Of a stretch of 58,373 bases of DNA, positions 37,940 to 46,582 are shown one piece after another. Positions within the stretch are counted from its first letter, which is position 1, and the number at the start of each line of letters is the position of its first letter. The translations under genes were made by a program, and so were the position numbers. Location of the stretch: assembly GCA_048941605.1 (NCBI GenBank), contig JBHLNL010000006.1, positions 1 to 58,373 of the forward strand, in the 5' to 3' direction. Under the pieces are notes generated by a model. The model was given only the letters and a program-made list of their open reading frames with translations. It was not told where the DNA came from and did not search any database. The DNA is from Promethearchaeota archaeon (lineage in GTDB: Archaea; Asgardarchaeota; Lokiarchaeia; Sigyniarchaeales; SOKP01).

Positions 37940-38629
37940 TTATAGTAGGTTCGCAAAGATACTAAAGCCGCCAATCCATAAACAAAGACCTTGAACAAAA
38001 CAGAAAACTACAATAACAAAAGCAATTGGGGGCCAACTGAGAAATTTTGATATCTTTTGAAGTGTACCAATATAAAACTTCGCAGTAAGACCAACTATTA
38101 ATGTTACAATAATAAATATAACCACGAGTACCCATTTTACTATTGTAGTTCCCAGTAAATTTGCAACAGAATCCGGTATAATTAATGCTACGATAAACGC
38201 TGTAGCAGTTCCAGCTAGAAGCCCTAATATGCTAGAGAGAGGCAAATCCGAAATAGGTTTGAAGAACATGGCAATTCCGATAATAATCAAGAAGACACAT
38301 GTGAAATGGTTAGCTTCGTTTGCAGTAACATCGCGATATTGAAAACTTGGAGGTATGTCCAATATTAATCCCATTACTCCACTCCATATGACAAATATAC
38401 CTAGAATCAATCCCAAATATGACATCCCGCGTAAAAATTTAGTAACATCAAACTTTTCTACTTCAGTTTTCCTTTTGGTAAAAGAACCCCTTCTTTTTCT
38501 TTCATAGCCTAGCCAAGTAATAGCCATTGCGCCACTCAGAACCATCATTATTGCTGCTGATTCAGAAACCCAATTAAAAAATCCACTTATAATGTCCCAA
38601 TATTCTAATTGAAATATTATTTTATTCAC
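37940..38629 (-). CDS. Integral membrane protein, hypothetical
   Basis: 229 aa with ~6 hydrophobic helices. Confidence 0.6.
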   Translation of the reverse strand: MNKIIFQLEYWDIISGFFNWVSESAAIMMVLSGAMAITWLGYERKRRGSFTKRKTEVEKFDVTKFLRGMSYLGLILGIFVIWSGVMGLILDIPPSFQYRDVTANEANHFTCVFLIIIGIAMFFKPISDLPLSSILGLLAGTATAFIVALIIPDSVANLLGTTIVKWVLVVIFIIVTLIVGLTAKFYIGTLQKISKFLSWPPIAFVIVVFCFVQGLCLWIGGFSIFANLL

Positions 38630-38772
38630 CTTTTTGAAATTACTGATTTTAAATATATTGTAAAACTATGTTTTTAAAAATTTATGTTAAACTTGCTTTA
38701 GAACTATAATAGCAATATATTTATTTTCTAAATTGTTCCTTTATCTAAAAAACTCATAATATTTATGAAACT

Positions 38773-38946
38773 ATGTCAGAGTGGAAAAATAAATTAGACA
38801 ATGAATTTGATGAATTTGATTATACTGAATCTAACTGTACTGGTTGAAGTATTATAGATGGTTTCATAGCATGCATAAAAGGTATAAAAAAAAGACATCA
38901 AAAAAGAAAACAAGCAAAACTTAAATTAAAAAATCTCAAGGAGTAG
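38773..38946 (+). CDS. Candidate small selenoprotein (57 codons, in-frame TGA at 38845-38847, motif C-T-G-U)
   Basis: The reading is MSEWKNKLDNEFDEFDYTESNCTG-TGA-SIIDGFIACIKGIKKRHQKRKQAKLKLKNLKE-TAG. 32 codons remain open after the TGA. A paralog with the same architecture starts at 39158. Confidence 0.35.
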
Positions 38947-38951
38947 ATTTG

Positions 38952-39005
38952 AAAACGCTAGGATCTACACCTATGAATTCCGTTAAGATTTCGAGATTAA
39001 ATTTA
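38952..39005 (+). other. Conserved 3'-flank element A (hairpin GAATTC-CGTTAA-GATTTC); candidate SECIS-like or terminator structure
   Basis: Blocks AAAAYGYTAGGATYT..GAATTC..AAGA..TTC.GAGAT..AAATT are shared with 39323-39375. Confidence 0.35.
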
Positions 39006-39157
39006 AAAATTATTATAATTTTTATCAGAGATTAGAATTGCCCTGTAAACTCTTATAATTAATTATTATACGCATCTGAGTTTTTATTTTTTATAAACAC
39101 CACTCTTTTATCTTTTACTTGTTTTAAAACATGTAGAATAAAGGAGGTTATTAAATA

Positions 39158-39295
39158 ATGGAAGAACAAGATGACTATCTAGACATAGAGTTTGATGATG
39201 ATTGTTATAGTACTAGTTGAGGAATGCTCAATATGTGGTATCGACGAGCTGAAAAACTTAGAAAACTAAGAGAACAAGCAAATCAAAATAAATAA
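39158..39295 (+). CDS. Candidate small selenoprotein paralog (45 codons, in-frame TGA at 39218-39220)
   Basis: AAGGAGG lies 10 nt upstream. The reading is MEEQDDYLDIEFDDDCYSTS-TGA-GMLNMWYRRAEKLRKLREQANQNK-TAA. The architecture matches 38773: acidic LDxEFD head, then Cys/Ser/Thr, TGA, a hydrophobic stretch and a basic tail. Confidence 0.35.
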
Positions 39296-39322
39296 TCTAA
39301 AATTCTCAATAAATTAAACCAT

Positions 39323-39375
39323 AAAATGTTAGGATTTAATTTTGAATTCGGCAAGAATTCCGAGATATAAATTAT
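39323..39375 (+). other. Conserved 3'-flank element B (hairpin GAATTC-GGCAA-GAATTC)
   Basis: It aligns block-wise with 38952-39005. The lower stem ATTT/AGAT corresponds to ATCT/AGAT in element A. Confidence 0.35.
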
Positions 39376-39396
39376 AACTACAAAATTTTCTATTTT

Positions 39397-40755
39397 TTAA
39401 GGTTTTCCGGGACCTTCTCCTACTTTTCGATAAATAAATCCTTTTCCTTCTATTAATTTTTTGTTAAAAATATTTCTACCGTCAATAATAATTGGTGTTC
39501 TTACTTTCTTTTTTAATTCGTCAAGATCAATATTATAATATTCTTTATGATTTGTAGTAAACATAAGAACATCAGCTCCAGACACAGCTTTATTGAAATC
39601 ATCGGTTAATTCCGTTTTATGATAATCTCTCTCTTTAACGTAAGGATCATGTGCTAGAAAAGATATATTATGAGAGTGATATCTACTTTTTAATATATTA
39701 ACAATATTTTCAGTTGGCGTGTTCCTTGTATCATCTGTATTCGCTTTATATGAAACGCCTAAGAGAACAATCTTCACATTATCAACTAATTTACGAGATT
39801 CTCTGAATACATCTTCCATTAGTTCAACCATATGTCCTGGCATAGAATCATTTAATTCTCTTGCTTTTAATAATATGTCTGAATTAAATTTATGGTTTGT
39901 ATATGTACGATGCCCATAGACAAGCAGGTGGGGATCTTTTGTTAGACAATGACCACCAACTCCAGATCCCGGATAATGCATCATTCTATCATGTCTATGA
40001 TTGATCAATTCGATGATCTCAAATATATTTCTATCGAAATCCTCACATAACAGAGCCATTTCATTAGCAAAAGCGATATTTACATCTCTATATGTATTTT
40101 CTATACATTTTGTTAATTCCGCTGTAAGTGTATCTGTTATGTGTAAATCTTTTTTTACTACTTTCTCATACAGAAACCTAGCTCTATTGTTAGCTTCATC
40201 ACATCCTCCCCCAATCACTCTTTCCATATCGGTTATATACTCTAGCATTTTACCAGGCATAACACGTTCAAACGAAAATACCAGATAAAAATCTTCTCCC
40301 CTCTTTAAACCGCTTCCTTCTTCTAATTCCCTTTTAACAATATTATTTGTTGTTCCTGGGGCTACAGTAGATTCAATTATTACAGTTACCCCTTTCTTCA
40401 TATGTCTTGAAACTTTTCGAGAGACTTCAATTAAAGATTCATATCTAGGAATTTTAGAATCTAAATCAACTGGAGTTTGAACATCAATAAGAATAAAATC
40501 TGCTTTATTAACATCATCATATTTGTCTGTGACTTTAAACTTTCCATTCTTTACTACTCTCGCTATTAGCTCATCTAAACCAGGTTCTTCTCCCTCAAAT
40601 GGACTTTTTCCCTGATTTAACCAGTCAATCTTCCAACCAGATCTTTTGGACCTACGCTGAATCCCCGTAACATAAAAATCATCAACATCTGCAAGTAGCG
40701 CTGCCATAGGGATACCTACATAACCCATTCCAATAACAATAATATTAGTAGACAT
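39397..40755 (-). CDS. Nucleotide-sugar 6-dehydrogenase (UDP-N-acetyl-D-mannosamine / UDP-glucose dehydrogenase family)
   Basis: 452 aa. The N-terminal Rossmann motif is IIVIGMGYVGIPMAA. The catalytic region is GSGVGGHCLTKDP. A C-terminal UDP-binding domain is present. Confidence 0.85.
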   Translation of the reverse strand: MSTNIIVIGMGYVGIPMAALLADVDDFYVTGIQRRSKRSGWKIDWLNQGKSPFEGEEPGLDELIARVVKNGKFKVTDKYDDVNKADFILIDVQTPVDLDSKIPRYESLIEVSRKVSRHMKKGVTVIIESTVAPGTTNNIVKRELEEGSGLKRGEDFYLVFSFERVMPGKMLEYITDMERVIGGGCDEANNRARFLYEKVVKKDLHITDTLTAELTKCIENTYRDVNIAFANEMALLCEDFDRNIFEIIELINHRHDRMMHYPGSGVGGHCLTKDPHLLVYGHRTYTNHKFNSDILLKARELNDSMPGHMVELMEDVFRESRKLVDNVKIVLLGVSYKANTDDTRNTPTENIVNILKSRYHSHNISFLAHDPYVKERDYHKTELTDDFNKAVSGADVLMFTTNHKEYYNIDLDELKKKVRTPIIIDGRNIFNKKLIEGKGFIYRKVGEGPGKP

Positions 40756-40861
40756 TTTTAGACCTATTATTCTAAAATAACTATTTAAACTGTTAAAGTT
40801 CTAAATAACTCATTATTGAAAAAAGTTTATGAAAAAAAAGGAAAGATATTGAAAACGAAAT

Positions 40862-41542
40862 TTATTTCTTTTTATCTTTGTATGATGTGCCCTTTACTCC
40901 TTTATATATTCCTGCTATTATTGCTCCAGCAACAAATCCTCCTACATGTGCAAAATGGGCTGTTTGACCAACACTAAATGGGTCTACCAACGAATAAATA
41001 GCGTAGGATAATTCAGCAATAAAATATGTTAGTATAAAATACCCTGCATTCACTTTTCGCATTGACATACCTGTTGCGGATGGAAGATAAAATTTATTCC
41101 CTGAATAAAGAATTAAATACACTCCCATCAATCCAAATATTGCTCCAGAAGCTCCCAAAGAAGGAATCATGTCAAATCCGGGTATTGGGATTATAACTGT
41201 ACTTAATGCATGAAGTAAGCTCCCAAAAAATCCCGATATAAAATATGTCACTAGATATAGGATATGACCCATAGCATGCTCGCAATTGTCAGTTATTATA
41301 AGGAAAAACCACATATTCATGATAATGTGCACGTAATCTCCATGCATAAACATTGAAGTAATCAAAGTCCACCAATTTCGACCAGCAAAAAAATCAGCAG
41401 GAACAAAAGCAGCCTCAATATGCATTTGTCCCGTAGGATCAAGTAATTGCCAAACAAATACAATAATATTTGCCAGTAAAATAATTACTGAAAAGTATTG
41501 CTTAAAAAATGGAATTTTATCTGGTTCTGCTTCATATACCAT
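40862..41542 (-). CDS. Rhomboid family intramembrane serine protease
   Basis: Supporting motifs are HGDYVHIIMNMWFF (HxxxN), the catalytic GASGAIFGLMG, and HFAHVGGFVAG. The protein is polytopic. Confidence 0.85.
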   Translation of the reverse strand: MVYEAEPDKIPFFKQYFSVIILLANIIVFVWQLLDPTGQMHIEAAFVPADFFAGRNWWTLITSMFMHGDYVHIIMNMWFFLIITDNCEHAMGHILYLVTYFISGFFGSLLHALSTVIIPIPGFDMIPSLGASGAIFGLMGVYLILYSGNKFYLPSATGMSMRKVNAGYFILTYFIAELSYAIYSLVDPFSVGQTAHFAHVGGFVAGAIIAGIYKGVKGTSYKDKKK

Positions 41543-41695
41543 TTTTATTAACTCGTTTTAGTTTATATAATTTAAAATTATAATAGGTGAAGATAATTTA
41601 CTCAAATGATATAAAAATTTTTAGATTAAATTCAAAAATGAGACATTTATTAAAATAAGTTTAACTAAAAAAGATAAAAAAGGAGATCAATAGTT

Positions 41696-42088
41696 TTAAT
41701 TGTCTTTTCCTAAGATTTCTTTTATTCTGTTTAAAAGTTCTTTCCCCGAAAAAGGTTTGGTGATATAGGCATCAGCACCTAATTTTTTCCCCTTTTGGAC
41801 ATCTTCATTAAAGCTTTTAACTGTAAATAGTACTACAAGAATATCTTTAAACTTTTCATTATTTTTGACCTCCTCCAAAACAGAATATCCACTTCGGCCT
41901 GGCATCATAATGTCAAGTAATATTAAAGCAATCCTGTCATAACTTTCCTCAATAATTTTCATTGCTTCTTTCGCATTACTACTTGTGATAGTGTCAAAAT
42001 CCCCCAATTTTAAGAATTTCTCAGTTAAATTTACAATATCAGGTTCATCATCGACTATAAGAATTGTATTTTTCACTTTTGCAGCCAT
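41696..42088 (-). CDS. Stand-alone response-regulator receiver (CheY-like) protein
   Basis: Supporting motifs are ILIVDDEPDI, LILLDIMMPGRSG, and TVKS...ITKPFSGKEL. Confidence 0.85.
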   Translation of the reverse strand: MAAKVKNTILIVDDEPDIVNLTEKFLKLGDFDTITSSNAKEAMKIIEESYDRIALILLDIMMPGRSGYSVLEEVKNNEKFKDILVVLFTVKSFNEDVQKGKKLGADAYITKPFSGKELLNRIKEILGKDN

Positions 42089-42205
42089 AACAAATCCTAA
42101 CCTTCTAATTTATTGTCTTGATTTGTGTGTAAAAAATTTCTCTTATATTATATTGAATTTAGTCAGTTATATAAATAAGTTTATTTTTTACATTTGTGAT
42201 CATCA

Positions 42206-42865
42206 TTGGTAAGAATAAACCGACTTCCTATATTTCCAGATGACTATATTGAAGATAAAGCGGAAGAATATGATAGCTCAAAATGGATGGAGCGCAATCA
42301 AAAAAGAAGCACACTAATAAGTATTGAATACCTTTTCGATGAAAGATTAAATGATATTGAGGATATAGGGACTGAAATGGGAGAATCATCATTAATTTTA
42401 GATTTAGGATGTGGAACTGGTTATTCATCAGAAGTTTTAATTCAAAATAGTTTTAGAGTAGTTGGTGTTGATATTTTAAATGATATGTTATCAAAAGCTA
42501 GAGAGAAAAAAAAAATTTCTAAAGAATTAAAAAAATTAGAATTAATCTTAGCAGATATTAACAATTTGCCAATTAGAAATAACTCAGTCGATCACATAAT
42601 CTCAATATCATCATACAACTTTATAATTCATGGCTTGGAAAATTATGGTGAGAAAGTAAAACTGTTAAATGATACTGGAAAAAATTTAAATAATATTTTA
42701 AAGAATAAGGGAAGAATTGTTATTGAGTTTTATCCTAAAGATGATAATGAATTGAAAATATTTAATAAGTCATTTATTAATAATGGGTTTGAAGGATTTG
42801 TAGTAAAGAACAAGCCAAAACAGAAATCTGGCCAAACATTTCTATTATTAAAGAAAAGAATGTAA
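42206..42865 (+). CDS. Class I SAM-dependent methyltransferase, Bud23/WBSCR22-like
   Basis: Motif I is ILDLGCGTGYSS. The N-terminal PIFPDDYIEDKAEEYDSS...RNQKRSTLISIEYL resembles the Bud23 N-terminus (PPEIFY..EA.KY...IQ). It is coupled to the next gene (TAA-tt-ATG). Confidence 0.65.
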   Translation: MVRINRLPIFPDDYIEDKAEEYDSSKWMERNQKRSTLISIEYLFDERLNDIEDIGTEMGESSLILDLGCGTGYSSEVLIQNSFRVVGVDILNDMLSKAREKKKISKELKKLELILADINNLPIRNNSVDHIISISSYNFIIHGLENYGEKVKLLNDTGKNLNNILKNKGRIVIEFYPKDDNELKIFNKSFINNGFEGFVVKNKPKQKSGQTFLLLKKRM

Positions 42866-42867
42866 TT

Positions 42868-44001
42868 ATGGGAACATGTAAATTCTGTGGCAAAACAGAT
42901 AAAGTAATCTCAGAAATTCTAGAAGTATGTAGAACATGTGTTTTAGAAGGTAACTGGGATCAAATTAAGTCTCATATATTCAATGTTCACAAACAGGTTC
43001 GTCAGCTTGTAAAACTACCAGAAAAGCCTCCAAAAGCAGAGAAGCCAAATATTAAGTTAAAATGTAATCTATGTATAAATGAATGCAGGCTTTCTGATAA
43101 TGATGTTAGTTATTGCGGTTTAAGAAATATTCAATTAAGAACTTCCGGCCAATTACCATATCCCTCAAAATCGAAAGGATATATCCATGGTTATATAGAT
43201 CCAAATCCAACTAATTGCTGTAATAGCTGGTTTTGTCCAGCTGGAACATCAGCAGGTTATCCAGAATATTCAAATTATGATGGTCCAGAATTTGGTACGT
43301 ATAGTTATGCGGCTTTCTTTTACGGATGCTCATTTTCGTGCCTCTTCTGTCAGAATAGTAGCCATAAGCTTTTTTCAAAAAGACATTTATTCGATGTTGA
43401 AACATTAGCTAATCAGATAGTTAAAAATAAGGACATTACATGTTTATGCTATTTTGGAGGAACTCCCGAGCCTCAATTACCATTTTCTATTAATTTAGCT
43501 GAGAAAATCATAGAAAAACTCAAAAACAAGAAAAGAATCATGAGGTTCTGTTGGGAATGGAATGGCTCCGGTAAACGTGAATGGATTGAAAAAGCAATGC
43601 AAATAGCTATTAATACAGGAGGAAATATCAAATTTGATTTAAAAACATTTCATGAAAAACTAAACTATGCTTTATGTGGTGTAAGTAACAAAAGAACACT
43701 GGAAAATTTTAAATTCCTTGCTGAACATTATTTTGGATCGAGAAAAAATTTACCTGAGATAAGTGCGTGTACACTGATGGTTCCTGGTTATACAAATTCT
43801 ATAGAAGTGGAGCAAATTGCTAAATTTGTTAGTTCTATTAACGATGAAATTCCATATAGTCTATTAATATTTCATGGAGATTATCAAATGCGAGATTTAG
43901 GGATTACACCACGAAAACAAGCATTAAAAAGTTTAGAAATCGCTAAAAAATATTTAAAGAGAGTAAATCTTGGAAACAAATTCTTGTTAGGATTTGCTTA
44001 A
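42868..44001 (+). CDS. Radical SAM protein (PflA/activase-like) with N-terminal Cys-rich extension
   Basis: The CxxxCxxC motif reads YGCSFSCLFCQN. Upstream Cys pairs are CKFCG..CRTC and CNLCINEC..YCG. Confidence 0.8.
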   Translation: MGTCKFCGKTDKVISEILEVCRTCVLEGNWDQIKSHIFNVHKQVRQLVKLPEKPPKAEKPNIKLKCNLCINECRLSDNDVSYCGLRNIQLRTSGQLPYPSKSKGYIHGYIDPNPTNCCNSWFCPAGTSAGYPEYSNYDGPEFGTYSYAAFFYGCSFSCLFCQNSSHKLFSKRHLFDVETLANQIVKNKDITCLCYFGGTPEPQLPFSINLAEKIIEKLKNKKRIMRFCWEWNGSGKREWIEKAMQIAINTGGNIKFDLKTFHEKLNYALCGVSNKRTLENFKFLAEHYFGSRKNLPEISACTLMVPGYTNSIEVEQIAKFVSSINDEIPYSLLIFHGDYQMRDLGITPRKQALKSLEIAKKYLKRVNLGNKFLLGFA

Positions 44002-44003
44002 TA
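43966..44003 (+). repeat. 38-bp direct repeat, copy 1 (last codons + stop of the radical SAM gene)
   Basis: AATCTTGGAAACAAATTCTTGTTAGGATTTGCTTAATA. It matches copy 2 at 45141-45178 at 37 of 38 positions. Confidence 0.85.
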
Positions 44004-44058
44004 TAACTCAGTTATTTGTTATTCAATGCTTAACAGCTTTTTCCAGATTTAAATTTCC

Positions 44059-45036
44059 TTATGGTTCTGGGTTTACACCTAAGTTCCATATCTGTTGATC
44101 TTCAAGCTCTCCGTCGGTTATGATCACTTTAATTTCAATGACATACCCATCACCAACTGGTACATAGGTATAGTTACCACCAATTTGTTGTAATACACCA
44201 CCTGCATACCAACTCACAGTTAACGGATCATTATCTGGGTCGTATATTCTAATTGTAAAGGTTGCTGTATCCCATGGATTGACAGCTGGATTAGGAATTG
44301 TAGGCCAATATTCAACAATTTCAGGTGCACGATTGATATTATTCACGGTTAAAATCCAAACCTTTTCTACCACGTTTTCGCCATCTGTAACGTTTACTTT
44401 TACTGTATGCGTACCATTAGAAAAGTAATCAGTATTATATACATAATTATCTGAGGTCCCTCCCAGATGTGAGAAGTTTAAAGCCATGTCTTCATACCAG
44501 AGATTCCATTCATAAGTAAACAAGGTATTATCAACATCTGATATGGTAATAGCAAATTCTTGAGACTGGTTTTCATTAATTACTGGATTTGATAAAGGGG
44601 AAAAATCAACAATGAAAAGAGGATCATTTATAATAGTTATATTTACAGTAAACACATCTGTAGCGGTTAGTATTCCATCTGAAACTTCAATTGTAACATA
44701 AGAAAATCCGGACCATTCAGCTAATGGAATGATATCTACTAGATTTTCGGCATCAATACTTACTCCACAATTTGGGTTTGAATTCACTAGAATGGAATAA
44801 GTAAGAGGATCTGAGTCTGGATCTGAACTATAATCGCTGAGATTAAAAGCATCTAATTGCTGAGAGTCCTCAGGGAGAGTAATATCAGGCAATCCTGAGA
44901 GTGAAGGGGGCAAATTTTCACCATCTGCTACTCCAGTTGGCTGATTAATTAAATAGAGAAATATACCACTAGTTATCCCTGAACCAGCTAAAGCTGATAT
45001 TATGATAATAGCAATAATTTTTACATTAAATTTCAC
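44059..45036 (-). CDS. Membrane-anchored surface protein with Ig-like (cadherin/PKD-like) repeats
   Basis: An N-terminal TM anchor is followed by ~3 repeats of ~90 aa. Each repeat has DxDxDPLT(Y/V)S-type motifs (DPDSDPLTYS, DVDNTLFTYEW, DPDNDPLTVSW) and V.V.DG motifs. Confidence 0.65.
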   Translation of the reverse strand: MKFNVKIIAIIIISALAGSGITSGIFLYLINQPTGVADGENLPPSLSGLPDITLPEDSQQLDAFNLSDYSSDPDSDPLTYSILVNSNPNCGVSIDAENLVDIIPLAEWSGFSYVTIEVSDGILTATDVFTVNITIINDPLFIVDFSPLSNPVINENQSQEFAITISDVDNTLFTYEWNLWYEDMALNFSHLGGTSDNYVYNTDYFSNGTHTVKVNVTDGENVVEKVWILTVNNINRAPEIVEYWPTIPNPAVNPWDTATFTIRIYDPDNDPLTVSWYAGGVLQQIGGNYTYVPVGDGYVIEIKVIITDGELEDQQIWNLGVNPEP

Positions 45037-45140
45037 AATAATGTATTATTTTTTCTCCTTAAAAAAATTATATTTTTGATTAGTGTTCTATTGTATTTCC
45101 CGATCATGCAATTTTAGGATTTTATCTGCGTTTCATAAGC

Positions 45141-45178
45141 AATCTTGGATACAAATTCTTGTTAGGATTTGCTTAATA
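45141..45178 (+). repeat. 38-bp direct repeat, copy 2 (non-coding duplicate of the radical SAM 3' end)
   Basis: AATCTTGGATACAAATTCTTGTTAGGATTTGCTTAATA. Confidence 0.85.
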
Positions 45179-45289
45179 CTTTAAGAATGCCGTTTTGAAG
45201 TTCAGATAAAAAAGTTTATTTAATAGGATTAATTAAAAATATAAGAATAGACCGTTAAAGATTAAATAGAAATTATTGGTGAGGATAAA

Positions 45290-45595
45290 ATACAAAAAGC
45301 ACGCATACGATTGTCATCCACTCAATTAGATGCTCTGCAATCAGTATGCGATCAAGTTCTTCAAGTTTGTAATAGTCAAGGTATAAGAAAAAATGGTCCT
45401 ATTCCTCTACCAACTAAAAGATTACGTGTTCCTGTAAGAAAGGCTCCTAGTGGCCAAGGTACATCAACTTGGGCAAAATTTGAGATGCGAATCCATAAAA
45501 GACTTTTTGAAATTATCGCAAATGAGCGAAGTATGCATCTCATTATGAAAATTCAGATTCCAGAATCAGTTTTGGTTGAAATTGAGTTAATGTAA
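45290..45595 (+). CDS. rps10: 30S ribosomal protein S10 (uS10, archaeal/eukaryotic S20e type)
   Basis: QKARIRLSSTQ...GPIPLPTKRLRVPVRKAPSGQGTSTWAKFEMRIHKRLFEI..ERSMHLIMKIQIPESVLVEIEL is colinear with archaeal S10 (MQKARIKL...GPIPLPTK...RIHKRLIDI). The track start (TTG 45311) cuts off QKARIR. ATA 45290 occupies the Met position, 5 nt after GGTGAGG. Confidence 0.9.
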   Translation: MQKARIRLSSTQLDALQSVCDQVLQVCNSQGIRKNGPIPLPTKRLRVPVRKAPSGQGTSTWAKFEMRIHKRLFEIIANERSMHLIMKIQIPESVLVEIELM

Positions 45596-45641
45596 TTTGA
45601 ATTAATTATTTTATAGAAACATAAAAAAATTTAATATAGTA

Positions 45642-46400
45642 TTATAATTCATCTAATTTAATTTGAGTAGGCTCAGTAGCTAATTTTGCTTTTTTATCAG
45701 TTTCGATAGTATCAACATAATATACATTCCCGAGGATTTCTGAGCCTTTACCTATTGTAACATTCTTACCTTTAATATCTCCATCCACATGTGTTTTACT
45801 AACATTTACATTGTTCTTGGCATGTATACTTCCATGAATTCTATAATGTTGTTTTTTTCTTATATTTTCAGAAGCTCCGAAAAGTACATCTTCACCAACA
45901 ACGTTTCCTTCAATATGAGTTGAACCATCAATCCTTATGCTTTTCTCAGAAGAAAGATTTCCATTTATCTCTGAAGACCCTGAAAATTGGATTCCTTGTT
46001 CACCTCTTACAAAATGACCTGCTTTAAAAGAACCTGAGACAATTAAAGAACCTTGAATATTAACAAGATTACCTATTTGAGTTGACCCTGAAAAATCTCC
46101 ACTTTCATCCCCATAGAGAAAACCAGCAATATTGAATGAACCTGAACTACTTATGTCGCCATGAGAAGTAAAATTACCAGATCCGGTTAAACTACCTGAT
46201 GATGTAAGCCCATTGCATTCTAAATCTCCATTTATTTTTCCTGAACCTGATATTCGTATAGATTTGTTAGTTTTCCCACCAGAAATTTTAGCAGAACCCA
46301 TAGCGCTAATATGTTCATCAAATTCCTGTAAATCACCAGAACTACTTATAATAACTCTTTTCTCTATTTTCTTCATAGATTCACTATTATTATTTTTCAT
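45642..46400 (-). CDS. Bactofilin-like (polymer-forming, beta-helical) protein
   Basis: 252 aa built from repetitive short G/S-x-hydrophobic turns (ISGSGKINGDLECNGLTSSGSLTGSGNFTSHGDISSSGSF..IEGNVVGEDV..VDGDIKGKNVTIGKGSEILGNVYY), as in DUF583/CcmA-type proteins. Confidence 0.6.
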   Translation of the reverse strand: MKNNNSESMKKIEKRVIISSSGDLQEFDEHISAMGSAKISGGKTNKSIRISGSGKINGDLECNGLTSSGSLTGSGNFTSHGDISSSGSFNIAGFLYGDESGDFSGSTQIGNLVNIQGSLIVSGSFKAGHFVRGEQGIQFSGSSEINGNLSSEKSIRIDGSTHIEGNVVGEDVLFGASENIRKKQHYRIHGSIHAKNNVNVSKTHVDGDIKGKNVTIGKGSEILGNVYYVDTIETDKKAKLATEPTQIKLDEL

Positions 46401-46582
46401 CTTTAATCACTTCTGAAGAGTGGATTACAGTTATATAAAATCAAATTCAATATAACTTTTATTTAATTTTAAATTTTTTAAAAAACTGGAAGTTTAATTA
46501 AACAGATTTAAATCAATAAATTACTATAATTTTCATAATTAACTATAAGATTTCTTAACAATTTAATTTATAGTGTATTATA

